Below, one piece after another: positions 49,907 through 58,950 of a stretch of DNA of 64,000 nucleotides. How positions within the stretch are numbered: position 1 is the first letter of the stretch; each line of letters begins with the position of its first letter. Made by a program: the position numbers and the translations under genes. The DNA is taken from positions 3,120-67,119 of the forward strand of contig CAZFKU010000002.1 of assembly GCA_964518835.1 (NCBI GenBank), in the 5' to 3' direction. A model generated the notes under the pieces. It saw only the letters and a program-made list of their open reading frames with translations. It had not been told where the DNA came from and made no database searches. The DNA comes from an uncultured bacterium. Lineage in GTDB: Bacteria > Fidelibacterota > Marinisomatia > Marinisomatales > AB-629-J13.

Positions 49907-51271
49907 ATGTACATTAAATCACTGAGATTTATTCTTTTGATATCTGTTTTGGCTTCAACGTGGGCTGCCAAAATTGTTTATGTTGTGCCTATCCAGGGGA
50001 CGATTGACCTTGGACTACCGCCATTTATTGAAAGGGTAATTTCTACCGCAGAAGATGAAAATGCAGAAGGTGTTATATTTGATATAGACACATTTGGTGG
50101 TCGGGTGGATGCCGCCACTCAAATTAAAGATGCACTTCTTGACGCAAATCTGATGACTGTTGCATTTATCAATCGCCGTGCAATCTCTGCAGGAGCTTTG
50201 ATTTCTCTCTCCTGTGAAAAAATATTTATGACCGGAGGAGGTACAATAGGAGCTGCAACAGCAGTGGATATGTCCGGAAAAAAAGGATCTGAGAAAGTTA
50301 TTAGTTACATGCGGGAAGAAATGGCATCTACTGCAGAAAAAAGGGAAAGAAATATTGAAATAGCAAAAGGAATGGTGGATGAAGATTTATTTTTCACTCA
50401 TTTGGTATTGGATGGTGATTCCGTTTTGGTAGATGACCTGGAAGGCAGAAAAGAAGGAAAACTAATTACCCTCACTACAGAACTAGCAATTAAGTATGGA
50501 ATGGCAGATGAATCAACCGAGACGCTGGAAGGAGTCCTGAACATTCTTGGTTTAGAAGATGCTGAGGTCAGGAATGCATCTGTAAACTGGTCTGAAAACA
50601 TTGTCCGTTTTTTAACTGATCCGGTGGTGGCTTCTTTGCTCATGACTTTTGGTTTTTTGGGGATTCTTTTTGAACTTCAAAGTCCCGGCTGGGGAATCCC
50701 TGGCACCTTTGGCGCTATTTGTTTGGTGTTGTCTTTGGGTGCGTCTGCAATAGCCGAACTAGCTACAATGACTGATTTACTGATTATTTTGGTTGGTTTA
50801 ACCCTTCTTTTTATTGAAGGATTTTTAATTCCCGGTTTTGGAATCGCTGGTATTTCTGGAATTGTAGTGTTGTTATGGGGAATATATAAACTATTAATCC
50901 CTGATCATCCCGTTTCTGACGAAGTTTATTCTCGTGCATTGGATGGGTTTACCATTGGGATTCTTGGCGGAATTATTGCTTTATTTTTGCTTTTCAGATT
51001 GATGATAAAAACTAAGTTTTGGCATAAACTCACTTCTCCCGGAGCGGAAAGTAAAGAAGCCGGCTACACAGTTTCCATAGGGTTGGAAGACTATGTGGGG
51101 AAATCAGGTAAAACAGTTTCAGATCTTCGTCCATCCGGATGGATCAATGTTGAAAACCAAAAAATATTTGTTGTAACCGAAGGTGAATTTGTAGAAAAAA
51201 ATCAGCAGGTAAAGATTTTATCCGTGGACGGGAATCGGGTAGTTGTCAGAGTTAATTCAATTGAAAAATAG
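49907..51271 (+). CDS. NfeD family protein (membrane-bound ClpP-class serine protease)
   Basis: 454 aa. Signal peptide, ClpP-like domain (VIFDIDTFGGRVDAA, AISAGALISL), a multi-TM middle and a C-terminal OB-fold (GKTVSDLRPSGWINVENQKIFVVTEGEFV). Confidence 0.8.
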   Translation: MYIKSLRFILLISVLASTWAAKIVYVVPIQGTIDLGLPPFIERVISTAEDENAEGVIFDIDTFGGRVDAATQIKDALLDANLMTVAFINRRAISAGALISLSCEKIFMTGGGTIGAATAVDMSGKKGSEKVISYMREEMASTAEKRERNIEIAKGMVDEDLFFTHLVLDGDSVLVDDLEGRKEGKLITLTTELAIKYGMADESTETLEGVLNILGLEDAEVRNASVNWSENIVRFLTDPVVASLLMTFGFLGILFELQSPGWGIPGTFGAICLVLSLGASAIAELATMTDLLIILVGLTLLFIEGFLIPGFGIAGISGIVVLLWGIYKLLIPDHPVSDEVYSRALDGFTIGILGGIIALFLLFRLMIKTKFWHKLTSPGAESKEAGYTVSIGLEDYVGKSGKTVSDLRPSGWINVENQKIFVVTEGEFVEKNQQVKILSVDGNRVVVRVNSIEK

Positions 51272-51280
51272 GAGTATATC

Positions 51281-52291
51281 ATGCTTACTTATGTGACATT
51301 AGTTTTAGTTATTTTATTTGTTCTGGTATTTTTTTATTTTGTACCAGTGGGGCTGTGGATTCAGGCTATTGTGAGTCTTGGATTAGGTCGCATTACCATC
51401 ATTGATTTGATCCGCATGCGTTTGAGAAAAATACCTCCACGTCTTGTTGTGGATGCTATAATTAATTTGCACAAAGCCGGTTTGGAAGCTATTTCCACCA
51501 GTATGATGGAAACGCATTTTCTCGCAGGAGGTAATGTTTCGAATGTTGCTTTTTCGATGATTGCAGCAAACAAGGCAAACATCCCATTGGAGTTTGAGGC
51601 TTCCACAGCTATTGATCTTGCAGGGCGTGATATTAAAACCGCCGTAGAAACATCTGTTTATCCCAAGGTAATTGATGCTCCTGCAGCAGGGACATTAGCA
51701 GCAGTTGCCAAAGACGGGATTGAGGTTAAAGCCCGTGCCCGTGTTACTGTGCGGACTAATATCCCCGGACTTGTGGGAGGTGCAACCGATGAAACGATAA
51801 TTGCACGGGTGGGTGAAGGAATTGTGAGCGCTATCGGATCATCAGGTTCATACAAGGACGTGCTGGAAAATCCTGACTCAATATCAAAGTTTGTTTTGGA
51901 AAAAGGGCTGGATGCAGGTACTGCTTTCGAGATCCTGAGTATTGATATTGCTGATGTGGACGTGGGGAAAAATATTGGCGCTCATTTACAGGCAGATCAG
52001 GCAGAAGCGGACCTTCGTGTAGCTCAGGCTCGGGCAGAAACCCGACGGGCTATGGCTGTTGCCGAGGAACAGGAAATGAAGGCAAGAACTCAGAAAATGC
52101 GTGCCAAGGTAGTAGAATCTGAGGCAGAAGTTCCATTGGCAATGGCTCAAGCATTTCGTGAAGGGAAATTAGGAGTTTTTGATTATGTAAACATGCGTAA
52201 TGTTCAGGCAGATACGGATATGAGGGAATCCATATCCGGAGGCAAGGACATGAAATCTACCGAAGCTCCAGAGAAGAGGGATGAGGATTAA
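51281..52291 (+). CDS. floA: Flotillin-like protein FloA (UPF0365/YqfA family)
   Basis: 336 aa. [34 protein letters not shown]-like core, Ala/Glu-rich coiled coil ([32 protein letters not shown]). Confidence 0.88.
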   Translation: MLTYVTLVLVILFVLVFFYFVPVGLWIQAIVSLGLGRITIIDLIRMRLRKIPPRLVVDAIINLHKAGLEAISTSMMETHFLAGGNVSNVAFSMIAANKANIPLEFEASTAIDLAGRDIKTAVETSVYPKVIDAPAAGTLAAVAKDGIEVKARARVTVRTNIPGLVGGATDETIIARVGEGIVSAIGSSGSYKDVLENPDSISKFVLEKGLDAGTAFEILSIDIADVDVGKNIGAHLQADQAEADLRVAQARAETRRAMAVAEEQEMKARTQKMRAKVVESEAEVPLAMAQAFREGKLGVFDYVNMRNVQADTDMRESISGGKDMKSTEAPEKRDED

Positions 52292-52792
52292 ATGGAAGGA
52301 ATTGGATACTGGTTAATTATTGCAGCATTGTACCTGTTGTCATCCATAATGAAAAAACGGAAACAGCAGACTACCCGCCGTAAATTGAACCAGGAGGACT
52401 CAGTTCCGGATTCTGAACAAAAACAATCCCCAGTGAAATCAGATTTTCTACAAAACCTGTTTGGTGATATTAAGGAAATGGTTGAGGGATCAGAGTTAGT
52501 ACCTGAGCAGGTAAAAGATGATTTTGTGACTCCTGAGTCAGACGGATCGTTTCAGTATGAACCGGAACAAACTACTATCCCGGAACCGATCGAATCCGAT
52601 GAACCTGAATTTGAAGATTTTGGAAAGAAAGTGCCTGAATCAATCCGTGGAAAATATCAATATTGGGAAGGAGAGAAAATCAGCCACTACCATCTAAGTC
52701 CAATATTAAAGGATATGCACAATCTCAAACAAGCAATTGTACTTAAAGAAATTTTGGATAAACCACGAGCTATGAGAAGGGAAATCCGTTAG
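52292..52792 (+). CDS. Hypothetical single-pass membrane protein with an acidic linker
   Basis: 166 aa. ATG directly after the floA stop. N-terminal TM (GYWLIIAALYLLSSI), an acidic Pro/Glu-rich middle, and C-terminal LKQAIVLKEILDKPRAMR. Confidence 0.45.
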   Translation: MEGIGYWLIIAALYLLSSIMKKRKQQTTRRKLNQEDSVPDSEQKQSPVKSDFLQNLFGDIKEMVEGSELVPEQVKDDFVTPESDGSFQYEPEQTTIPEPIESDEPEFEDFGKKVPESIRGKYQYWEGEKISHYHLSPILKDMHNLKQAIVLKEILDKPRAMRREIR

Positions 52793-53382
52793 ACCAGTTT
52801 ATCGTAAATTTCCTTTACCTGTTCCTTTAGAACTTTTTCTGTAGTGTTATTATGGATGACGAAATCAGCCATTCGTACTTTTGTTTCACAAGGCCACTGT
52901 AAATCTATTCTTCTCATAATATCTTCCCGTGAAAGATTTTCTTTTTTAATGGATCGTTCCATCCGAATAAACAATTTTGCTGTAACAACAATGATATAGT
53001 CCAAGTGAGTATCCAACCCGGATTCATAGATCAATGCACCATCTACCATAAAAAATGAAGCTTTGTTTTTGGAAGATATTTTATCGAATTCATCGTCTAT
53101 TTTTTCGAAAATGTGAGGATGAATTATAGAATTCAGGTTCATTTGGTGATATTCATCCTGAAAACTCACTTTTGCCAACTTCACCCGGTCTATTTTCCCG
53201 GAATTATCCAGGATGTCCGATCCGAATTCAGCCATTAAATCATTTTGAATTATCGGGGAAGTATCCAGAAGCTTTTTTGCTTCTCGATCAGCATCAAAAA
53301 TATATGCACCTAATTTTTTAAATGCCTTTGCAGCAGCACTTTTTCCCACACCCATTCCACCTGTGAGTCCGGTTTTCATCAT
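52789..53382 (-). CDS. coaE: Dephospho-CoA kinase
   Basis: 197 aa. GLTGGMGVGKSAAAKAF, IFDADREAKKLL. Confidence 0.9.
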   Translation of the reverse strand: MMKTGLTGGMGVGKSAAAKAFKKLGAYIFDADREAKKLLDTSPIIQNDLMAEFGSDILDNSGKIDRVKLAKVSFQDEYHQMNLNSIIHPHIFEKIDDEFDKISSKNKASFFMVDGALIYESGLDTHLDYIIVVTAKLFIRMERSIKKENLSREDIMRRIDLQWPCETKVRMADFVIHNNTTEKVLKEQVKEIYDKLV

Positions 53383-53945
53383 GACGTTTTCAAAGCCTCG
53401 ATTATTCGGTCCGTTATTTCGGGAATTGTCCCAATGCCATTTACATTTTTAACTAAATCCCTTTTTTTATAATAGTTTAGCATAGGTGCTGTTTGTTCCC
53501 AATAGATTTTTTGTCGGCGTTTAATTACTTCAGGTGTATCATCGCTTCTCCCGGAATTTTTGCCTCTAAGCACAAGTCGATTTACTAATTCATCTTCATC
53601 AGCCATAAGACTGATCACTGAATTTAACCGATGATGGAGGTGAATCAGTATTTCATCAAATCCTTCAGCTTGAGGGATTGTCCGGGGGAATCCATCCAAT
53701 AGATACCCAGGGGAACAATCTGCTCTAGAAAGCCGGAGTTCCATCATTTTTAGCAGGATTTCATCGGGAACCAGTTTTCCTGCATCCATGAAAGATTGAG
53801 CCTCTTTACCGATATGAGATTCAGATTCCACCTCTCCTCTCAAAATGTCTCCGGTGGACAGGTGAATGATATGAAAATATTCTTTAAGCCTATCGGCTTG
53901 AGTTCCTTTTCCTACTCCTGGAGGACCTAAAAGAATTAGTCGCAT
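53379..53945 (-). CDS. adk: Adenylate kinase (short-LID type)
   Basis: 188 aa. MRLILLGPPGVGKGTQA, STGDILR, LLDGFPRT, RSDDTPEVIKRR. Confidence 0.93.
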   Translation of the reverse strand: MRLILLGPPGVGKGTQADRLKEYFHIIHLSTGDILRGEVESESHIGKEAQSFMDAGKLVPDEILLKMMELRLSRADCSPGYLLDGFPRTIPQAEGFDEILIHLHHRLNSVISLMADEDELVNRLVLRGKNSGRSDDTPEVIKRRQKIYWEQTAPMLNYYKKRDLVKNVNGIGTIPEITDRIIEALKTS

Positions 53946-53957
53946 TTTTGTAATTGT

Positions 53958-55178
53958 TTAAATAAGTATTCCAGCAATGGTAGCAGTCAGCCACGACGCT
54001 AAAACTCCTCCTATCATTGCTTTCAAAGCAAGTTTTGCTAAATCTTTCCTTCGTTCCGGAGCAATTCCGCCAATGCCTCCTATTTGGATTCCGATGGAAC
54101 CAAAATTTGCAAAACCGCACAAAGCATAGCTGGCGATTATTGCCGTACGGTCTGAAATTGCCTCCTCCAATCTTAAATCTCTCAGGTTACTATAAGCAAT
54201 CAATTCTGTAAAAATTATTTTTTCACCCATCAGTGTCCCCATTACACCTGCTTCATCCCAGGACACTCCCATTGTCCATGCCAGTGGTTTGAAAAAAAAT
54301 CCGAATATCATTTCCAGAGAGAGTCCTGCAAATCCCAGAAGATAATTGACCAATGCGATAGCAGATACAAATGCAACAATCATGGCTGCTACATTTGCCG
54401 CTAATTTCATTCCGGCGGTGGCACCTTGGGATAAGGCTTCCAAAGCATTGTCATCCGTTTTTGGTATGTTTATTTTAACTTCTCCCATCGTTTCCGACTC
54501 CTCAGTTTCCGGTAGAATAATTTTAGCAATAACCATTGCCGCCGGAGCACTCATGATAGAGGCAGCCAGTAAATGCCCTGCAATCCCGGGGATATCTCCA
54601 AGCATGGTGACATAAATTGCCATCACTCCACCGGCAATAGTGGCAAATCCGCCGGTCATCACTGCCATGAGTTCCGAGCGGGTCATGGAATGGATAAAGG
54701 GTCTCACCATGAGGGGAGCTTCGGTTTGGCCTACAAAAATATTGGCGGAAATGCTCAGGGTCTCAGAACCGCTAGTCCCCATCGTTTTTTGCATGATTCG
54801 GGCTATCCATTTCACAATGATTTGAATTATACCAAAATGATAAAATACCGCCATCAGAGCGGAGAAAAAAATGATAGTGGGTAAAGCTCGAAATGCAAAA
54901 TTAACCAAGGCGGAATGATATCCTACATCCGTAATAAAAGATTTGAAAAGGAAATCACTTCCAGCGTCAGAAAAGCTGATCAATTTTTTTACTGTTTTAT
55001 CGAAAAATCCAAAAAAAGGAGGACCCAGAGGTGTTTTTAAAATAAGCAGTGCAAGGAATAGCTGAATTCCCAACCCCCATCCAACTATTCTGAGGTTTAT
55101 TTTTCTGCGATTATTGGAAAGGGAATAAGCTATAACCAAAAGGACGATAATCCCTAGAAACCCTGTAAATTGATTCAT
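53958..55178 (-). CDS. nupC: NupC/NupG-family concentrative nucleoside transporter
   Basis: Start moved to ATG 55178 (ATGA overlap with the tdk stop), giving MNQFTGFLGIIVLL. FVGQTEAPLMVRP, CGFANFGSIGIQIGG. Confidence 0.88.
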   Translation of the reverse strand: MNQFTGFLGIIVLLVIAYSLSNNRRKINLRIVGWGLGIQLFLALLILKTPLGPPFFGFFDKTVKKLISFSDAGSDFLFKSFITDVGYHSALVNFAFRALPTIIFFSALMAVFYHFGIIQIIVKWIARIMQKTMGTSGSETLSISANIFVGQTEAPLMVRPFIHSMTRSELMAVMTGGFATIAGGVMAIYVTMLGDIPGIAGHLLAASIMSAPAAMVIAKIILPETEESETMGEVKINIPKTDDNALEALSQGATAGMKLAANVAAMIVAFVSAIALVNYLLGFAGLSLEMIFGFFFKPLAWTMGVSWDEAGVMGTLMGEKIIFTELIAYSNLRDLRLEEAISDRTAIIASYALCGFANFGSIGIQIGGIGGIAPERRKDLAKLALKAMIGGVLASWLTATIAGILI

Positions 55179-55741
55179 GTTATTTCCTCCGATGAAACAA
55201 AACAATTCCTGCATCGAGCTTCGTAGATATCTGTTTCCCCCACGATAATTTGTTCAGTTTCCTCTGTTTTCCTTTGTGTATAGGATGCCGGTTTACCGCA
55301 TTGAACACAGATAGCCCGTAATTTGTCCAAATAATCTGCTTCACACATCAAAGCAGGCATCGGACCAAACGGGGCACCACGATAGTCTGTATCAAGTCCC
55401 GCCGCTATGACCCTTTTTTTATTTTCCGCAAGGCTTTTACACACATTTATAATATCCTCATGGAAAAATTGAACTTCATCAATTCCAACGACTTCAGCAT
55501 CATCTGCCAAGCTCAAGATATCATGGACATCTTTTACCAAGTGTGATTCAAGTTTCAAATTATTATGAGATACAATGTGATTTTCACTATACCGTCCATC
55601 AATATGGGGTTTAAAAATGGTAGTTTGCATCCGGGCGATTTGGGCACGGCGAAGCCGTCTGATCAATTCTTCGGTTTTACCGCTGAACATACATCCGCAA
55701 ATTACTTCTATCCAACCTGATTCAGATGATTTTGGACTCAT
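55175..55741 (-). CDS. tdk: Thymidine kinase
   Basis: 188 aa. GCMFSGKTEELIRR, VVGIDEVQFF, and a zinc ribbon CVQCGKPA...CRNC. Confidence 0.93.
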   Translation of the reverse strand: MSPKSSESGWIEVICGCMFSGKTEELIRRLRRAQIARMQTTIFKPHIDGRYSENHIVSHNNLKLESHLVKDVHDILSLADDAEVVGIDEVQFFHEDIINVCKSLAENKKRVIAAGLDTDYRGAPFGPMPALMCEADYLDKLRAICVQCGKPASYTQRKTEETEQIIVGETDIYEARCRNCFVSSEEIT

Positions 55742-55753
55742 TAGTTCTCTTTT

Positions 55754-56140
55754 TCATATTAATTTTTCCTTGTCAAAAGCGTCCGGGAGCAAGGTTCTGC
55801 TTGATGTTTCTTTCATTTTGTTTTCATTGTCAGTTATCAAGATCGGAATATCTCCGCACAACTCCCAGATAACCTGCCGACAGGCTCCACAGGGGAATCC
55901 CCCATTTTTACTTGCCACCGCCAAAGCTTTGAATGTGGAATGTCCCTCAGAAACAGCATTATACAAAGCAATCCGTTCAGCACAGCATGTTAATCCATAA
56001 CTGACGGATTCTACATTACACCCGCCAATTATGGTACCATCCTCCGTTTCAACAGAAGCCCCTACAGTGTATTTAGAAAAAGGTGCGTATGATTTTTCAC
56101 GCATCTTTTTTGCAATTCGTATGAGTTTTTCTTGATTCAT
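55754..56140 (-). CDS. cdd: Cytidine deaminase
   Basis: 128 aa. CAERIALYNAVSEG and PCGACRQVIWE (the zinc ligands). Confidence 0.92.
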   Translation of the reverse strand: MNQEKLIRIAKKMREKSYAPFSKYTVGASVETEDGTIIGGCNVESVSYGLTCCAERIALYNAVSEGHSTFKALAVASKNGGFPCGACRQVIWELCGDIPILITDNENKMKETSSRTLLPDAFDKEKLI

Positions 56141-56143
56141 GAT

Positions 56144-56791
56144 TTACACAACTCGAAACGTTCTGAATAATTTTTGTCCTCCAACACCAGCAATAAATCC
56201 CCCTATATGAGCAAACCATGCCACCCCACCGGTTGTATCCAGCCCTAGCGTCCCCAGTCCATTGCTTAATTGCATAAAAAACCAAATTCCCAATACAATT
56301 TGCGCAGGTACTCTAACCGTAGTGATAAAGAAAAATATGATGAAAACATGGACTCTTGCTTTTGGGTACATCATCATGTAAGCACCTAAAACTCCGGCAA
56401 TGGCTCCGCTGGCACCTACCATTGGAATTTGAGACACTGAATTTAATACCACCTGACTCAATGCTGCGGCCACTCCACAGGCGAGGTAAAACAGCAGGTA
56501 GCGGACATGCCCTAAAGCGCTTTCCACATTATCTCCAAATATCCACAAGAACCACATATTCCCCGCAATATGGGCGATGCCTCCGTGGATGAACATGGAT
56601 GTAAAAATATTTAAAATGGAAAACTGAGCCGGGACAAGACCGAATGCGTAAATGAAAGCTCTTTCTGCTGCAACGTCTGAAAGTCCTAAGCTAATTTGAA
56701 AAAGATGGACAGCAATGTTTATTCCTAAAATGGAATAGGTGACATACGGGACAAGTATTCGGGGATTGTCATCCTTGTACGGAAAAAACAC
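56144..56791 (-). CDS. Rhomboid family intramembrane serine protease
   Basis: 215 aa. FIHGGIAHIAGNMWFLWIFG and GASGAIAGVLGAY (catalytic Ser), HIGGFIAG (catalytic His). Confidence 0.88.
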   Translation of the reverse strand: MFFPYKDDNPRILVPYVTYSILGINIAVHLFQISLGLSDVAAERAFIYAFGLVPAQFSILNIFTSMFIHGGIAHIAGNMWFLWIFGDNVESALGHVRYLLFYLACGVAAALSQVVLNSVSQIPMVGASGAIAGVLGAYMMMYPKARVHVFIIFFFITTVRVPAQIVLGIWFFMQLSNGLGTLGLDTTGGVAWFAHIGGFIAGVGGQKLFRTFRVV

Positions 56792-56861
56792 AGGTCAATT
56801 TTATCTGATTAATTATAAAAAACCAAAAGAGATTCTGTAAACAACCAAAAGAAATGGCAAT

Positions 56862-58871
56862 TCAATTTACAGAAAAAAATATAGTTTTTTCTAATTTATT
56901 CCCGGCATAATCTTTAACAATCAAAACTACCGAGTGTTCACCGCTACTCAATGAATCATGGAGTGAATAAGACAACTTTCTCATTATGGGTTGATAGGCA
57001 CAATAAACAGGTTTTCCGTCCAGAATAATTTTTAATGCTTCTTCTGTAGGTTCGATCCCTGAAAGATCATCTTTTAGAATGTATTCAAAGGAAGAAATTT
57101 CATCAGGGAGATAGGACTGTAAATGTGCCGGAAAAGCATTCACAATTTCAGGAGGAGTTGAGTCCTGTAATAATGTTACCAACCCTAATTCAAGTAATCC
57201 CGCTGATATTAGAGTCGAATTTTTAAAACGAGATTCCTGAAACTCCCATTCTTCTTTTTTGAAATTAAATTTATAAATTCCTAATCCATCCATATATTGT
57301 TGATTTTGGTTTAACGTGAATGTCAGGATTGCAGGATTTTTCAAGGTGAGATTTATAGGTTCAATTAAATAAATATTTGTCACTGGATTTATGGGATGAT
57401 TTGAAGAGGGATTCCCAACATTATCAATCCAAACCAATGCTGTATCGTATAATGTGGAATCAGTGAATTGGATAGTCACCGTTTGGTCAATAGAATTTAG
57501 TATAGAATGTGAATTGGGATAAGCGACTTTTGAATTAATAGGAAAGTTAATTGGACCTTCTTCAGTTGATATTGAAATACTGTTAACATTTTTAAATTCA
57601 TCAAAAGGAATTAATGAACTATAAAAAGTTTGAAGGGTAGATTGATAGAATTTAAAATTAAAATAGTTTTCATTTTTTAAGAGGGTACCTTCTCGACCTG
57701 TAATGTGATTATATGAGGATTGAAATTTGATAAAAACACCCGCTTCGCTATTTAAAATTTGTAAGGGTGTATTAAAAATGATATTGTTATGCAACACTTC
57801 CGGATTTAACCACAATCGTGGTTTTTGTTGATATTTATTTTTGGTTAGCCCCCAGACAATCTCTGCGTTTGCTCTTGAAATATTTCCTGCAGCGTCCATT
57901 ACGGAAAGGTGGAGTGAATGAATACCGGGAGACAGTGAAATTTGTCCATTTAATTCAATATTGGGAAGAAAAGCCGAATTATTCTTCAGAAATAATTTAT
58001 GATAAGACAGACCTTCCGTTTTTCCAAATTCACGGTTTTCAATGGAATTCATTTGTCCTGTTTGATCAAAACTGATGGAATCATACGTAAAATCAAAAGC
58101 CAAAACATCATCAATAAACAGTTCCGCTTTAAAGAATTGATAACGATTTGTATTTTGCTGGATTTTATCCTCTAAGCTGATAGCAAATCCAATTTTTCCT
58201 GTGGTACAATAAATCGTATCTAAAATTGAATATAGACCGGTTTGGTGTTGAATCATTGAAAATTCCATTGGCAAGGGGAATCCGTTTATGAGTGTTTCCG
58301 GTTTTAGTGGAAAAACAGTCATCCCCTTTAAAACGGGAGGGAGTGTATCGGAAATAGAAATTCCCTGCCTCAGGGGATTTAATGTAGTACCCTTCGGACT
58401 CCGCAGTTCAAAATGGAGATGAGGTCCAAATGATGCTCCACTGTTTCCGGTAAAACCAATGATGTCACCCTTTTTAAATGGGAAATCTGTGCTGTCAAAA
58501 TATGAATTTACATGGTAAGCACCCGCCTTTGATTGCAGGGAAAATAGTTTCTTTTCCAATTCATTGGAAAATTTACTCAAGTGGCAGTACACAGCAGTTT
58601 TTCCTGAATTTGTTTCCAGGTAAAGTGCTTTTCCATAGCCGGTGTAATTTGTGACCATTCGTGATATAAACCCATCTTCAACTGCAAAAACATCAAATCC
58701 TTCCCTGCCGTTGGTTTTGATGTCAATTCCCATGTGGAAATGGTCATCTCTGAATTCACCGAAATTTGAGGACAGTTTTCTGCCAGCATTTGTAGGCCAG
58801 ATCAATTCTCCATTTAAATGAGTGAAAATAAAAATTAAAAGAAAAAGGAGCAGTTTTGCATTAGAGTTCAT
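56862..58871 (-). CDS. M23 family metallopeptidase with a long C-terminal extension
   Basis: 669 aa. Signal peptide, HMGIDI and GNSGASFGPHLHFEL (M23 zinc ligands) in the first ~170 aa, then ~480 aa of beta-rich sequence with no recognised family. Confidence 0.8.
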   Translation of the reverse strand: MNSNAKLLLFLLIFIFTHLNGELIWPTNAGRKLSSNFGEFRDDHFHMGIDIKTNGREGFDVFAVEDGFISRMVTNYTGYGKALYLETNSGKTAVYCHLSKFSNELEKKLFSLQSKAGAYHVNSYFDSTDFPFKKGDIIGFTGNSGASFGPHLHFELRSPKGTTLNPLRQGISISDTLPPVLKGMTVFPLKPETLINGFPLPMEFSMIQHQTGLYSILDTIYCTTGKIGFAISLEDKIQQNTNRYQFFKAELFIDDVLAFDFTYDSISFDQTGQMNSIENREFGKTEGLSYHKLFLKNNSAFLPNIELNGQISLSPGIHSLHLSVMDAAGNISRANAEIVWGLTKNKYQQKPRLWLNPEVLHNNIIFNTPLQILNSEAGVFIKFQSSYNHITGREGTLLKNENYFNFKFYQSTLQTFYSSLIPFDEFKNVNSISISTEEGPINFPINSKVAYPNSHSILNSIDQTVTIQFTDSTLYDTALVWIDNVGNPSSNHPINPVTNIYLIEPINLTLKNPAILTFTLNQNQQYMDGLGIYKFNFKKEEWEFQESRFKNSTLISAGLLELGLVTLLQDSTPPEIVNAFPAHLQSYLPDEISSFEYILKDDLSGIEPTEEALKIILDGKPVYCAYQPIMRKLSYSLHDSLSSGEHSVVLIVKDYAGNKLEKTIFFSVN

Positions 58872-58950
58872 TGGGGTGTAGGAATTTAACCCGTTTCAAC
58901 CAATGACTAAATTATTTGAATTGACTTATCTCCAACTGCATCCGTTTTAA

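Noticed and set aside
53379-53945. Short (188-aa) adenylate kinase lacking the long or zinc LID, considered as an anomaly
   Set aside because: Short-LID Adk variants are known in several bacterial lineages, and all catalytic motifs are intact. Not unusual enough to report.
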